A stretch of 64,000 bases of DNA from Mobula hypostoma (taxonomy: Eukaryota): assembly GCF_963921235.1 (NCBI RefSeq), contig NC_086101.1:13454001-13518000 (forward strand), given 5' to 3'. Position 1 is the first letter of the stretch, and the number at the start of each line of letters is the position of its first letter. The position numbers were made by a program, and so were the translations under genes. Positions 22,875 to 36,865 of the stretch are shown here, in pieces. Below the pieces are notes generated by a model. The model saw only the letters and a list, made by a program, of their open reading frames with translations. It made no database searches and had not been told where the DNA came from.

Positions 22875-23869
22875 ATCCAATCAAAGTTAAAATGAGATCA
22901 TAACTGATCAGCAAAATACTTGTAGGCGTCGAATTAGAAGCGCATTAGATATAATGAAAACGAAAAAACCAAGGCTGCAATTCTTAAAATAAATACTGGA
23001 AGCACTAATGTCTGACAGCGTTTTGAAAGAAAGTAAACCTTTCAGTTCGAAGACCCTCGTCTCAGTTTGGTATCAAAATAACCTATAGAAAGTAAATTTT
23101 GTCCTATTATTTCAAGTATTCAAATGTAAGGTGCAGCCATGCCTTGGCGTTCACTTGTGAACAATCTGTACTTAGAATCTATATTTAAATTCCACGAGTT
23201 TTGAATATAAAAGAAACCATCCAAATTAATTTTATTATTGGACATTCAAAAGAAAATAGTAAAATCTCATCATCTCCAAGTCTCAATTTATTTCGAATAA
23301 CCAATATCAAATTATGTTTGACCTCAATATCAATTCACATTTTTAACAGACGTCAATAATAATCACGGGATGTGTTTCGGACACATCAACAAAATTCATA
23401 CAAACTTCTGTGTTCCTAATTGCAATAAAATTTGTCCAACAATGTTGGGATACTATTTACACATAAAATTCCTACGGAATTCCATCCCCCAAACCAAGGC
23501 TGACCAAATATTAATGTACAATTTTAAGGAAATTTGTCCAAATCTATGTAACTAGTTTCTGAGAATATTCCTTTGTTTTGTCTATGAAAACGCTTATAAA
23601 CTAAATACAAGGCTAGGCACCCTGACCCTTCGATAATGAGAAAGAGTAATGGAACATCTTCTGTTTGAGATGCTTTGACTTCTCCTGTTGTGCTTCCTGT
23701 TGCCCTGGTCCTCCCAGTGTATGCCAAAAACCTAGTGCGGGTCTTTCTGGCAGCAAATATCAAATACTGTACATCATTTACACATCTTGCTGTAGGCATG
23801 ATATTATCTTGCCAACGTTACCTTGAACCTCTCTTAAAAACTTAGGTTAAAAAACCATCCTTTATTTTC

Positions 23870-23998
23870 CTGACGAAGGGTCTCGGCCTGAAACGTCGAC
23901 TGTACCTCTTCCTAGAGATGCTGCCTGGCCTGCTGCGTTCACCAGCAACTTTGATGTGTGTTGCTTGAACTTCCAGCATCTGCAGAATTCCTGTTGTT
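23870..23998 (+). mobile_element. Short Penelope terminal-repeat insertion starting at the hammerhead core
   Basis: Begins CTGACGAAGGGTCTCGGCCTGAAACGTC; 13-bp TSD atcctttattttc (23857-23869 / 23999-24011). Confidence 0.88.
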
Positions 23999-25523
23999 AT
24001 CCTTTATTTTCTTTCAGTTCTTTGGCAGATTTAAAGCATCTGCTCTGTAACCATCGCATAAGTGTCATCGTAAAGACGACACATCAGTGCCTCTATTTTC
24101 TTAGAAGTTTGCGTAGACTTGGCACATAACCGAAAACCTTGACAAACTTCTGTTAAAGAAGTTAGCTAACGGGTTGTATCAATGCCCAGGAATGGAACGT
24201 AGTGAATCACAGGCACAGACCTTCTCACCATTGAGTACATTTACACAGAGCGCCGCTACAAGAAAGTAGCATCTTTCAACAAAAGACACCCCCCCCCCCC
24301 CACCACCACCACCATCCAGTTCATGCTCTCTTCTCGCTACTGCCTCGCAGGAGGTACAGAAGTCCGAGGTCCCACACCACCAGGTCCAGCAACAGTTACT
24401 ACTCTACAACCATTAGGCTCCTGATCAGCGTGGATAACATCACTCACCACAGCTCTGAACTGATTCTACAACCTACAGATTCTCATTCAAGAACCCTTTA
24501 CGAATCATGTTCTCGGTGTTGTTTTTATTTGCACAGTGGTTGTCAGTCTTTATGGATAGAGTTTCATAAATGTCTACAGTATTTCTCATTTACCGTAAAT
24601 GTCTTCAAGAAAATGAATCTCAAGGTATGGTAACATAGACATACTTTGATAATAAATTTACTTAGAACCTTGATAAAGCTTGCATGCTCCAGACTATGCG
24701 CAAAATGTTTTGGTTTGAAAAACTAACACGTCATTTGAAACAAAGGAAAATGCTGTTTCTTTCATTGGAATTCCAGAGGGCAATTTTAAAAAACTTCCAT
24801 AATGTTAAATTTTAAGTCTGCTTTGGTTACCGTGCTTATTAAGGAAAAGGATTAGAGTTTGGTCTCAACCTAGTTCACTGAAGAAACAGAATTATCGAAG
24901 CAAAACACGCGAAATGCTGGAGAAAGTCATCAAGTCTGACAGCATCTATGGACGGTTGATTTTCTGGGCCGTTTATCCCTTTCAAAAGATGCTGCCTGAC
25001 CTGCTGAGTTCCTCCAGCATTTTGAGAGTGTTAAAATGACGGCACGGAACAGAATATGCACGAATACTAAAATACAATGTGAAAAGCATTATAAAGTGGC
25101 TGGGTCTATAGTCAAGCAGGTGGGGGGGGGTCTAATTAGACAATAAGACATAGGAGCGGAATTGGGCCATTCAGCCCATCGAGTCCGCTCCGCCATTTCA
25201 TGGCTGATCCCGCATCCCATTCAACCCCATAAGACATAGCAGTGGTTCATCAGATTGATTAGATCTCATGTTTAGGATAGTTGGATCTCTCCCTAAGGCG
25301 AAAATTCCGCAGATAAAACACGAGGCAAAATTAATCTTTATAAGGATATTGCAAATGAAATAGTGAATTAGATGAAATATTTCTATTGTATCTAATCTAA
25401 ATGTTAGAGCATCATAGTTGAGTAACAAGTATATGCACTGGGAAGTTTACTGGGGATTTGAAGCCAAACTGGTTGTTCGAGCAGACACGTGGCGCGGTTT
25501 TGCTGCTTTTGCTAATGTTTGGT

Positions 25524-25539
25524 GGCTCTTAAAAGAGCC
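25524..25539 (-). promoter_or_regulatory. Histone 3' stem-loop (H1)
   Basis: Minus strand GGCTCTTTTAAGAGCC followed by ACCA; canonical. Confidence 0.95.
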
Positions 25540-25593
25540 GTTTAATGTAAAGAGCCATTTCTTGCCCTTCGAGGTGACAGTCTGCGGCTGCCT

Positions 25594-26337
25594 CTAGTAG
25601 CGCCGGGATCCGAGTTGGCGTTGGCGCCCCACCGGCCGCCGGGTCCGCCCGCGATTCACTTTGCCTTTGGCAGATTTGTACCGGCGATAGACCTGTGCCG
25701 TCCCAGCCCTGCCTGCTTTAGGCTTGAGTCGGGCACGGGCCTTGGCTTTGGCGCGGGGCCGGGCGCCCGTTTTGGGCCGGCGCTTGAGGGGACGAGCGGT
25801 GGTCTTCCGTGGCTTAGTCTGGCGCCTTGGGCTCCTCTTCTTGTTCCGCGTCCTCTTGGAAGGGGCAGGAGTGCGCCAAGCCGCCTTCCTGCGGCTCGTC
25901 TCTTTCTTCTCCTGCTTGGGAGCCGCCACCCGGTTCAGCTTGAAGGAACCGGCGGCGCCGAGGCCGCTAGTCTTCACCAGCGAGCCCTTCTGCACCAGCT
26001 GGCGTACCGTCAGGTTGACGCGAGCGTTGTTGCGGTTCACATCGTAACCCTTGGCCGACAGCGCTTTCTTCAGGGCTGCCAGCGAGATGCCACGCCTCTC
26101 CTTGGTAGCTGCCGCCAAATTGAGGACGTGGTCGGTGATGGTGGGGCCATTCTGCGGCTTCTTGGGCCGCGGCGGCGCCTTTGGCTGAACCTGTTGCCGC
26201 GACGGTTGTTGCTGCTTCTTTTTCTTCACCGCCCCATCCTTGTCCGGTGCCATCCGACCTTGCGGCGGGGTGGAGCCGCCACCGCCTCCCTTTTCACCGG
26301 AATCGCTGCCGTCTACCGTCTTCTGGTTTTCCGCCAT
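25594..26337 (-). CDS. H1: Histone H1 variant with Arg-rich (protamine-like) C-terminal tail, 247 aa
   Basis: Globular domain GPTITDHVLNLAAATKERRGISLAALKKALSAKGYDVNRNNARVNLTVRQLVQKGSLVKTSGLGAAGSFKLN; start MAENQ set by the TATA box about 80 nt upstream; stem-loop present. Confidence 0.92.
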   Translation of the reverse strand: MAENQKTVDGSDSGEKGGGGGSTPPQGRMAPDKDGAVKKKKQQQPSRQQVQPKAPPRPKKPQNGPTITDHVLNLAAATKERRGISLAALKKALSAKGYDVNRNNARVNLTVRQLVQKGSLVKTSGLGAAGSFKLNRVAAPKQEKKETSRRKAAWRTPAPSKRTRNKKRSPRRQTKPRKTTARPLKRRPKTGARPRAKAKARARLKPKAGRAGTAQVYRRYKSAKGKVNRGRTRRPVGRQRQLGSRRY

Positions 26338-26413
26338 ACCGGAGCCCACCAGAAGCCGCTCTGCTGCCACCTCCTTCTCTCTCTCTCGGCGAGACCCGGC
26401 GCCGACAGCCGTA

Positions 26414-26419
26414 TTTATA
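26414..26419 (-). promoter_or_regulatory. TATA box of H1 variant
   Basis: Minus strand TATAAA with GC-rich upstream sequence. Confidence 0.75.
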
Positions 26420-28289
26420 AGGCGGAGGCGGACGGGGAAGAGCAAACCCGGGTCCTCCCTCTTCCCTCCCAAACTGATCCCGTCGATAATCCTGTGCTTT
26501 TCTGTCATGCTAACCTCCCCTATCCCCGTCAAATCCGCACGCCCCGGCTCCCCAAAGCCATCCATTCCTGATCCGCCAGCTGCAGTTTCTCCGATGCCAG
26601 TCACTTTTTGCACCGGCTGTCCCCCAGTCGAAGAGCATTTCAGGCGGACGATGAAAAACCTGCGTTCTGCTCCTTCTCCTGCTGAAAACGGCCGAAACTT
26701 CATCGGCTTCTCGGGATGAAAGTATTCCTCCTACGCCGGCCAGTTGAAGGTAAAATTTCCAGAAAAAAAGACTCATTTTACAGTTTGTATTTCGCTTGAA
26801 TTCTTTCGTGATTGTGACTACGATAGCACAAATTGTACACCAATTGGAATGCTTAAATTCGATGAGATTAAGCCAATGAGATCTCTTAGCTTGATAAATG
26901 TCCGCGGTATTTTTAAAAAGCGGTATTTTTTAAATTACTAGTTCCTGCTTTTCTGAAAAAGAGTAATAAAAATATTCTAAATTATTATGTTGTTTAGAAC
27001 AGTCTTTCTAAATACGACGGAGCATGGCTTAGCTGAATGATTTGAATCTTTTACCATTATCATTTTAACATTCAGCTATTCTTTACGCAAATCTTCTAAT
27101 AAATAGATAATTTACAGTTATTTTAATACAGATTTCTGACTTGCTTATTTTCGGTACTGTAGTGGAAACGTTTGTCTACACAGATGAACAGATGCATTCT
27201 CCCTTCGTCTGCAGCTAAAATCGTGTCGTCAAGATTCGTCAAGCATGTTCAACGGCCGTGATTATTTCATTTGGCCAGGTAAGTTTTTTTTTGTTATTAT
27301 TTTAGTTCAATCTGCATAACTATAATCGAGAAACCGTGATAACATGGATTATAAACGGGTTTCCGTCTGTTTTCCCGGTTTCCGCACATCAAGCTTCGAA
27401 GTATTTAATCTAGCGTCCTTCATTCGCCCGGGTACTGTGGAGAACAATTTTAACGTATTCTTACAGAGGGAACCCTGAGAAGTGATGCACAGTTAATCGT
27501 TCCCGGCTGGTTTTATTCTTATTTAAAGTCAACAAAAAGTTCCGCTTTAATTATGGCATTGCTTATTTGAATTTAGCAGCAACGAGATTAAACTGAGGGG
27601 TTGGGGAGGAGGTTAGATTATTCCTACATAGCAAAATGTGCAGTAAACGAGGTGTTGTGCAATATTTCTTCAGCTTTTTCAGCAACAATACGAGTATAAA
27701 CGTATATCCACTGACAAGTGTTGGCCAAGAACTTAAAATGATGTCCAAGTGGCTCGAATATTTTGGGTGTCTGTTTAATTATAGCACGTTAATCCTGAAC
27801 TGGATTGATTGAAATCTATACTTCTAGAACAGGATTCAAAAACTTTTATGTATTTACCTGGCCATGTTAACGTTCTTCTATTCTGTTTTGCCAAGCTTTG
27901 TTAATTTCATGGAACGTTAAAGTATACAAAATGTTAATGGTCTGGTTTATATTTCTAACGTGCAAAATCTAAAATGTAGTTACTTTCTTTGTCAATAAAA
28001 GCTTTTGTGAATGCAATTAAGAGTGGAAGATGCAAGTGTTATTAAAGTCAAAACAATCTATATCTTAAAATGACTGTTCTTTTTGATACACTTGTCCCAT
28101 AAGAGAATGCATGTTTCTCGAAAACAATTAAAAACAAACAAACTTCTGCAGTTTCTTTTAGGACACAGAACATAGATCCTGTATGGTACAGGATCAGGCC
28201 CTTTGCCCCACAATGTTGTGGCAGACAAATTTAATTAATAATCAAATGGCTAACTAAACCAATCTCTTCTGCCTACGCAATATCCTGAC

Positions 28290-28650
28290 TATACCTCTTC
28301 CCACACTGTCTCCTGTAAAAGTTCCATTCCAGTTTCTCAGTTCCATCACCTCTGCTGCGTCTGTTCCTAGGATGAGGCTTTCCTTTCCAGGACCTCAGAA
28401 GTGTCTTCTTCAAAGGATGGGGTTTCCATTCCTCCACCATTGATGCTGCCCTCACCTATGTTGCATCAATGTTCACCCCACCTTTCCGCCACCTTAACAT
28501 TGACAGAGTTCCTCCTATCCTTAACTACCACTCCGTGAGCCTCTGGTTAAAAAATCCTTCCCCTCCCTTCTTCTTCTTCTTCTTCTATTCCTCATTTTGG
28601 CCTCTTAGCTCTTCATGCCTGCTTATCACTCCCCCGGATCCCCTGTGCTG
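28290..28650 (+). mobile_element. Old Penelope-like fragment
   Basis: cacactgtctcctgtaaaa...ttcccaggatgaggctttc-like sequence homologous to the reverse complement of 1-110. Confidence 0.55.
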
Positions 28651-30714
28651 CAGTGTTCTATAACTCCATAACTCTCAAATGCTATTATTAGAGTGAAATC
28701 ATAGGTAGGTGTCAGATGCCGGAAGATGTGCGCAGAGTATCATAAAACAGCAAGAGCTCATCTTTCCAATAACTCTAAAGTTCATTTCACAGAATGGATA
28801 ACTGACTATCAGAACTCTGGATAACAGTCACAGTTCATGGCAACGGTATGAAGTAAAGACTTTGGTCAGTTTGCTCAGAATAAAACTTGCAATTATGTAT
28901 TTTATTTATTTATTACCGGCCCTTCCAACCCATCAAGCTGTACCACTCAGCAAACCACCAGTTTAACCCTAGCCTAAACACAAGACAATTTACAATCACC
29001 AATTAACCTACTAACCAGTATGTCTTTAGACTGTGGGAGGAAACCAGAGCATCTGGAGGAAAATCACGCACACATGGGGAAAACATACAAGCTTTCTTAC
29101 AGAAGTCATTGGAATTGAACTCTGAACTCTGATTCCGAGCTGTCACAGCGCTGCGTTAACCTCTACGCTACCCTGGTGCCCAAATCACAACAGCTAGAAA
29201 CAAAAATTCAGAACAAAATAAGGGTCATAGAGTACTACAGCACAGAAACAGGACCTTTGGCCCATTTAGTCAGTTCCAAACCATTAATTTCTTGTCCTGT
29301 CAACCTGCACCCAGACCACAGTATTCCATCCCCTTCCCATCCACGTACCTATCCAAATTTCTCTTAAATGTAGAAACTTCACCCTCCCCTTCTGCTGGCA
29401 GCTTATTCCACACTCAAACCACCCTCTGAGTGAAGAAGATCCCCGCAGATTCCCCTTAAAGCATTTCACGCTTTACTAATTGTGACTTGGAGAAGAGTAA
29501 ATTCATGAAAGCAAACTATAGTTATTGGGGAAATATTGTTTTCAACTAATGGAATTGAATTCCTTTGAATAAGGGAAATGGTCAGTATTTTATGATGGAC
29601 TTCCATAGGTCATTCAGAAAACACATCAGGAAAACTGAAGAGGACTGAATTTTTTAGAATTCTGGTGGTGATATGAATTGGGTAATTGGCTCAGGGACAA
29701 GATGCTGCCCACACTGGAATGGAGATAGTGTTAGAGTTCCTCAGGAATGGGTAAGAGTATCTCTGCTTCTCCTGGTATACATTAATGACTTTGACTTGTG
29801 CATGTGGATGGCAATTTTGAATAGTGTGGATGACCGTGAGGAGAAGAGAGATTAGATTACAATAGATCCAAGCGGACTAGTGGGCAATTGACAAGTGAAA
29901 TTTAACACGCAGATTTTCAAAAGAGTACCCAGTTGTAATGAGTTCTTCGGACTTGAGCGGGGAGCCAGAGAATGTTGGGCTCCAAAGTTTTTAGAGCACC
30001 TGAAGTGGTTCATTGTTGTTTAACAAGAGTTGATAGTTGCTTAGAGTTCCTTATGTTTTTTCCTCTCGAGTGAATCAACCTTTGTAATTTGGTCTGCTGG
30101 TGATTTCTGTTTGAGCTTGCTTTGAATTTATTTTGATATGTTTGGGGTTTCCATGGTAGTTGTATTATTTAAGCAGAAGCCTGATTAGTGCTGATCGCGG
30201 GGGTCCTAGTTTTGAGAATGGTACATATTGCGACGTCACTCCGACAAAACCACCAATGTTCTGTTGGAATTTTTATAAACAAAACCTTGGTCACCATCTT
30301 TCCCCTGCACTTGGGTTCTGACATTGCTAGTGCACATTGTGATACCTAGTAATAAGGATAAAGATATCAAGGACACAATCAGAAGCAGTTTTGTTGTCAC
30401 TGGCATGTATTGTGAAATTTGTTGTAAAGATAATGAAGTGGTGTTACTTGGTTCATGGACTATTCAGACATCTGGTGGTGGTGGAGGAGAAGCTGTTCCT
30501 AAAATGTTTACATTCCTGAGACACATCAGCGTTAAAAGTGCACACATTTCTGAAAGTGGTAGTTCAAGCTGCAGTTGAATACAGGACTTTGTATCTGAAA
30601 GCAAAGTTACTAAGGCAGGAGAGCAATATCAACCATCTATAATTTACTGAGTCATTGTGTGGACCCCAACACGTCAAATTCTGCCAATCACTACACAGGA
30701 AGAATTTAAAGGTC

Positions 30715-31415
30715 TTAGAAAAGATAGGACTTAGAAATCTGCAGCACATTAAAGGCCCTTCAGCCCACAATGTGGTGTCGACCATGTAACCTTCTCTAGA
30801 AACTGCCTGGAATTTCCCTAATGCATAGCCCCTCTATTTTTCTAAGCTCCATGTACCTATCTAAGGGTCTTTTAAAAGATCCTATTGTATCCGCCTCCAC
30901 CACCATTGCTGGCAGTGCATTCCACGCACCCGCCACTCTCTGTGTGAAAAACATACCTCTGACATTCCCATTGTATCTACTTCCAAGCATCTTAAAACTA
31001 TGCCCCCTCGCGTTGGCCCCATTTCAACCCTGGGAAAAAGCTGGACATAGGGAGTAAGTTAATTGTTCATTGTGAATTGTCCTGTGATTAGGTTAGGGTT
31101 AATCGGGACTGCTGAGTGCAGAATGGCCGAAGGGCTGGGAGGACCAACTCCACTGTGTATGAAAACCTTACCCCGACATCTCCCCCGTACCTACTTCCAA
31201 GCGCCTTAAAACTGTGCCCCCTCATGTTAGCCATTTCAGCCCTGGGAAAAAGCCTCTATCTATCCACACCATCAATGCCTCTCATCATCTTATACATCTC
31301 TCTCAGGTCACCTCTCATCCTCCATCACTCCAAGGAGAAAAGGCCAAGTTCACTCAACCTATTCTCACAAGGTACGCTTTCCAATCCAGGTAAAGTCCTT
31401 GTAAATCTCCTTTGC
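30715..31415 (-). mobile_element. Two CR1 3' fragments
   Basis: FFTQRVAGAWNALPAMVVEA on minus; similar to 6900-7270 and 38000-38310. Confidence 0.75.
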
Positions 31416-31459
31416 AAAGATTCACTGGAATCATTTGGAATTAGAATGGGTTTATATTA

Positions 31460-32247
31460 TTCAAGGTTCAAAGTACATTTATTATCAAAGTATGTATACC
31501 TTGAGATTCGTCTGCTTACAGGCAGCCTGAAAACAAAGAAACCAAGTAGAACCCATTAAAACAAAGACCGTCGAACACCCAATGTGCAGGTAGAAATGAA
31601 ACCATGCAAACCATGGAAGTAAGCCAATTATATTCAGAACTGTAGTTCACGAAAGTGAGTCCAGAGTCGCAAAGCCGGTCATCAGTGCAGAGACAAGCAA
31701 ACCTCAGGGAGCAGTGAACTGATCACCACCCATCCTTCTCCTCCAGCCCTAACACCCTGATCTTTACAACCTGGCCCAGCGCCTACGTTGGCCAAACAGC
31801 AGGTCGCTCCTCACTGTCAGGACCAGGACCCTGCTGCTTCATTACATTCTCGGGCCTGGGCCCCACTGCCTTGATCTGACCCTTCAGTGTGGCTCAGGAC
31901 TTCAATCATCCAAACAATGGTTCGTGGCCTGCTTCTCGGGCCTGAGTCCCGCCTCGCCTCACCCCCAAATCGGCTGCTGCGACGGCCAAACTTTGGTTCA
32001 TTCACCGCTCTCTCTTGGCCTGCACCTGCCACACCGCACCCATCCTGCGCCTTAGAGATCTCCTTTCACATCACAGAAACGCCAGGTTGTACCAGCCGTT
32101 CAACAGCTCAGCTCCAGAAGGGAAGTCGCAGGCTAGTGACGGCAGTGATTGGTTCAGAGAAAAATTGTGATTAGTACAGTAATTTAGTTTTGTTTGCCAC
32201 CAGGAACTCGTCGCTCTGCTTCACCGGCGCCATGTTAAACCGGAAGT
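31460..32247 (-). mobile_element. Non-coding interspersed repeat (LINE-like 5' end plus Rex-like tail)
   Basis: 5' end gacttccggtttaacatggcgccggtgaagcagagcgac matches 46576-46620; tail tgataataaatgtactttgaac. Confidence 0.55.
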
Positions 32248-34579
32248 CACGGGAACTGAGGCATATGTGAGAATCCTTCAGATGTCCCTGATGTAACTAC
32301 CACCATCCCTGGCAGCACGTTCCATGTAGACGTGCTCAGTGGTGTGAAGGGCTTCACCCATGATGGACAGACCACATCCATTACTTTTTGTAAGACCGGG
32401 AAAGAGATAAACTGGATTATTCTTACAAGCCGCATGATGTGTGGGGGATTAAAAGACATCTTTCTGTACCATGAAACTTGTATGAACATGTGAAAACTCC
32501 CTTTGAATTAACTGTTCCAAAATATATATTTATGAAAATATCTGAAGAAAGTGGATAGAATTGGCAATGAGGCCACTTTTAATACATTTTGGAAGCAGAA
32601 ATATTCAATGGCGTCACAGATTCAGGTTGATGTGTTTATCAGATTGACATCAAAGCATGCAGTGAAATGAGTCATTTGCGTCAATGACCAACACAACCTG
32701 CTGATGTGCTGTGGGTCACCCACAAGTATTTCAGCACCAACACAGCATGTCCATCATGGTCAACAGCTGAATAGTTCCATTTAATATCAGGGAATGTATA
32801 CGGTATACAACCTGAAATTCTTACCCTCAACATACATCCTCGAAACAGAAGAAAAAAAGCCCAAAGAGTAGGAAAAAAACCCAAAGCCTCTTGCCCCTCT
32901 CTCACGCACAAGCAGCAGCAAGTACCATCAACCCTCTCCCCCTTCCCCTTAGCGTAAAGCATCGGCAGACCCGTCACCCACCACGCCAGCAACAGCGAAG
33001 CCCCCAAAGAGAGACCATGGTCTACAGTCCATCAGAAGCTAGCTGCTCACTCTAACATTTTCGACACCCCATCGGCTCTCTCTCTCTCTCTCTAACAAGG
33101 GAGGGATAGATAATCGCTCCTTCCACGGCAACAGGGGAGACAACAGTCATTATTTCAATGTTACCGTCAGTCAGAGGTGTTGCTTTTTATTTCGAGTTCT
33201 CCAGCTCGAGAATCAGCAAATCAGCAGAGCAACACAAGCCCCATTGTTTTTCCCTCTCGCTCACACAGACAAGTCCTCCACTCTGGGCCTCCAAACTACC
33301 TGGAGGTGAATGTAGAAACAAGATAGTAAGAGTCATTAATGTCAGTGTAATACACTTGTATTCTGTCCGGGAAAATTGATAGTATTTTTGGTATCAGAAT
33401 GCATAAAGCAGTTTTGAAAATGCAATGATTCTATGAAGACTCAAGATTATTTAATGTAATTTCCAGTACACAAATGTAAAGCAGAATGAAATAATTGCCA
33501 CTCCAGATCCAGTTTGTTATGAAAAGAAACACATTAACACACAAAACACAATAAGTATACATACATAGGTAGCTTATATACATAGATTGATTGTATGTCC
33601 ATAAAGTGACACTGGGCACAGGTATATCTGCACATAAGAAAATGATGAAGTAGTGGTGGTTGGGGGTGTGGAGTGGTGGTTGGGGGTGTGGACCTGTTGA
33701 TCAGCCTAACTGCTTTGAGAAAAGTAACGGTTTTTGAGTCTGGTGGTCCTGGCGTGGGTGCTGTGTAGACTCCTCCCTGACAGGAGTGGGACAAGCAGTC
33801 CGTGACCAGGCTGGCTGGGATCTTTCATGATATTGCTAGCCCTATTCTGGCACCTCCTTGCATACTTACCCTATAGGGGTGGCGGGGGGGCGCAGTTGGA
33901 TAGTGCAGGTGATGCATTGAACAGTTTTGACTGCCCGTTGCTGAGATTTCCCATCTGCCAGAGTGTAGTGATGTAGTGTAGTCAGGTGCTCTCGACTGCA
34001 CATCGGTAGACAGTTACAGCCTTTATTTAGTTACTTAGCCAGCCAGCCCTTCCAGCCTTTCGGCCATACTGCCCCCAGCAACCCCGATTAACTGTAACAG
34101 AACAATCCACAATCAACTACTAACCTACGTCTGGACTGTGGGAGGAAGCCTGAGGAAAACCTGCATTCCACAGGGAGAACACACAGACTCCTTACGGGGA
34201 CCAGCGCCAGAATTCAGCTCCGAAATTAATACTGTAATAGCATTGTGCTAACTACTACCACACTACCATGGCACCTCTTTACTTGAGTGTTTGGTCTATA
34301 ACAAACTATTATTGAAAAATATGGATAGCAACACCTATAAGGGTGCTCAAGAACGGAAAGAATCTCATCCTTTTACCCAACTGCCGGCTTTCAATGTAGT
34401 ACCGATATGTATAACACGAGTAGAAAGTGTTGGAGTGTTCAGTTCTTGGTTCTAACAATGGACAAGATTTTAACATAATATGGTAACCGAAAAGGTTTCC
34501 AAACCACATCAGTTCTTTATAGGGGTCTCATACAAAGCACTGTGAGTTAGTTAATGTTCGGGTGATACTGTTTTAGCCA

Positions 34580-35220
34580 TAAGACCATAAGATATAGGAG
34601 CAGAAGTAGGCCATTCAGCCCATCAACTCTGCTCCGCCATCCAATCATGGGCTGATCCAATTCTTCCAGTCATCCCCATTCCCCTGCCTTCACCCCACAC
34701 CCTTTGATGCCCTGGATGATCAAGAACCTATCAATTGCTGCTTTAAATACACCCAATGACCTGGCCTCCACAGCCGCTCGTGGCAACAAATTGTACAGAT
34801 TTACTACCCTCTGACTAAAGTAATTTCTCCGCTTCCCTGTTCTAAAGGACATCCTTCAATCCCGAAGTCATGCCCTCTTGTCTTAGACTCCCCTACCATG
34901 GGAAATAACTTTGCCATACCTAATCTATTCAGGCCTTTTAACATTCGGGATGTTTCTATAAGATCCCCCCTCATTCTCCTAATCTCCAAGGAGTACAGTC
35001 CAAGAGCTGCCAGATGTCCCTCATATGATAAATCTTTCATTCCTGGAGTCATTCTTGGGAATCTTCTCTGAACCCTCTCCAATGTCAGTGTATCCTTTCT
35101 AAAATAAAGAGCCCAAAACTGCACACAATACTACAAGTATGGTCTCACGAGTGCCTTATAGAGCCTCAACATCACATCCCTGCTCTTATATTCACATCCC
35201 TGCTCTTATATTCTATACCT
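34580..35220 (-). mobile_element. CR1 3' fragment
   Basis: LERVQRRFPRM, RRMRGDLIET, RRNYFSQRVVNL. Confidence 0.85.
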
Positions 35221-35709
35221 CTAGATTGAATCAAAATGAATGAATCAATGACTCAAAATTTTCAAGACTGAAATCAGCAATTCACACATAAAATCCTTAG
35301 CTTTGTTTCAATGCTTGAAAATCCACCAATTCTTTGGATTTCCAAGATTACTTCTCCAGTGTTTGAGGTAAGATTATATCGATCGAGGGTGTATTCATTA
35401 GCATTTAGAAGAATGAGAATTACCTAATTTAAAAGAATAGAAAGCTAGGCGGAGTTGTGGATACTGTAGGTTACAATAGGAAATCGATTGGACGTGGAAT
35501 TGAGCTAAGAAACTGCTCAACTCAGTGAAGTTTGAAGTGATACACATTGGAAGGTCGAACTTGAGGGTAGAGTTTAGCGTTGTTGGCAGGATGCTCAGCA
35601 GTGTGGAGGGATAGAAGGATCTTGGGAACTACATCCATACATTGCTCAAGTTTGCCATGCAGTTTGATAGGGTGGTTAAGAAGGTGTATAGTGTGTTGGG
35701 CTTCATCAG

Positions 35710-36865
35710 AAACATAGAAAACCTACAGCACAATACAGGCCCTTCAGCCCACAATGCTGTGCCGAACATGTCCTTACCTTCGAAATTACCTAGGGCTACC
35801 CATAGCCCTCTATTATCCTAAGCTCCATGTACCTGTCCAGGAGTCTCTTAAAAGACTTTAACATATCTGCCTCCACCACCGCCGCTGGCAGCCCATTCCA
35901 CGCACTCACCACTCTCGGCATAAAAAAACTTACCCCTGACATCTCTTCTGTACCTACTTCCAAGCACCTTAAAACTGTGTCCTCTCGTGCTAGCCATTTC
36001 AGCCCTGGGGAAAAAGCCTCTGACTATCCAAACAATCAATGCCTCTCATCATCTTGTACACCTCTATCAGGTCACCTCTCATCTTCCGTCACTCCTCAAA
36101 CCAGGCAACATCCTTGTAAATCTCCTCTGCACCCTTTCTATGGTTTCCACATCCTTCCTGTAGTGAGGCAACCAGAACTGAGTACAGTACTCCAAGTGGG
36201 GTCTGACCAGGGTCCTATATAGCTGCAACATTACCTCTTGGCTCTTAAATTCAATCCCACGATTGATGAAGGCCAATGCACCATATGACTTCTTAACCAC
36301 AGAGTCAATCTGCACAGCAACTTTGAGTGTCCTATAGACTTGGACCCCAAGATCCCTCTGATCCTCCACACTGCAAAGAGTCTGACCATTAATACATCAT
36401 ATGTGACCTACCGAAATGAACTACCTCACACTTATCTGGGTTGAAATCCATCTGCCACTTCTCAGCCCAGTTTTGAATCCCATCAATGTCCCGCTGTAAC
36501 CTTTGACAGCCCTCCACACTATCCACAACACCCCCAACCTTTGTGTCATCAGCAAACTTACTAACCCATCCCTCCACTTCCTCATCCAGGTCATTTATAA
36601 AAATCACAAACAGTAGGGGTCCCAGAACAGATCCCCGAGGCACCCCACTGGTCACCGACCTCAGTGCAGAATATGACCCGTCTACAACCACTCTTTGCCT
36701 TCTGTGGGCAAGCCAGTTCTGGGTCCACAAAGCAATGTCCCCTTGGATCCCATATCTCCTTACTTTCTCAATAAGCCTTGCATTGGGTATCTTATCAAAT
36801 GCCTTGCTGAAATCCATATACACCACACCTACTGCTCTTCCTTCATCAATGTGTTTAGTCACATC
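35710..36865 (-). mobile_element. CR1 ORF2 3' fragment
   Basis: VVYMDFSKAFDKIP, SGVPRGSVLGPLLF, SKFADDTK, LYRTLVRPHLEYC. Confidence 0.9.

Noticed and set aside
22464-22895. 143-aa ORF as a novel chimeric protein
   Set aside because: The C-half is the out-of-frame product of the H2B deletion and reads through the stem-loop.
26338-26703. 122-aa N-terminal extension of the H1 ORF (369-aa call)
   Set aside because: It runs through the TATA box (26414-26419) and promoter; the ATG at 26337 fits histone gene layout.
25615-26719. Long + strand ORFs opposite H1 (likewise 38909-39631, 39114-39923, 56781-57697)
   Set aside because: Shadow frames of GC-rich or repetitive histone coding sequence with no independent motifs.
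27410-27445. cgcccgggtactgtg (RPGTV) as an H3 remnant
   Set aside because: Only five codons match and the flanks show no H3 similarity.
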